DNA from: Lama guanicoe
Lineage: Eukaryota
DNA: 64,000 nucleotides
Direction: 5' to 3'
Assembly: GCA_013239625.1 (NCBI GenBank)
Contig: MU053881.1
Coordinates: forward strand, 14,500,373 to 14,564,372
The position numbers were made by a program, and so were the translations under genes. Each line of letters begins with the position of its first letter. The stretch's first letter is position 1. Of this stretch, positions 63,925-64,000 are shown piece after piece. The notes below the pieces were generated by a model. That model had not been told where the DNA came from. It ran no database searches and saw nothing but the letters and a program-made list of their open reading frames with translations.

Positions 63925-64000
63925 GTTACGACAGGTGCCGTGCAGAAGGTGAGCAGGTGCTTCTGAGCCTTTTGTTGGGGAGGCCCTTCGGACCTGGAGG

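Overview
This is mammalian genomic DNA, probably camelid judging from the tRNA-Ala-derived Vic-1-like SINEs. It carries the conserved SUGP1-MAU2-GATAD2A neighbourhood. The complete MAU2 gene (cohesin loader, SCC4) lies on the minus strand. I traced 19 coding exons from 58544 to 31943; they sum to 1842 nt (613 aa). They include an 18-nt micro-exon followed by a U12-type GT-AG intron, and a tandem donor at exon 13. SUGP1 exons 1-2 are on the plus strand, head-to-head with MAU2 across a ~360-bp bidirectional CpG promoter. Two CpG islands (~16.1-17.1 kb and ~3.8-4.8 kb, the latter broken by an N gap) are most likely alternative promoters or non-coding first exons of GATAD2A (minus strand); this rests on synteny, as no GATAD2A coding exon is in the window. 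The rest is intron or intergenic DNA with L1, L2, MIR, DNA-transposon and SINE remnants. The most unexpected structure is a ~590-bp non-coding segment present twice in inverted orientation (7750-8335 and 26350-26950), roughly symmetric around the 16-17 kb promoter, which is itself flanked by mirror-oriented degenerate minisatellites. Most ORFs in the supplied track are spurious. I cannot claim a wholly new biological system from sequence alone.
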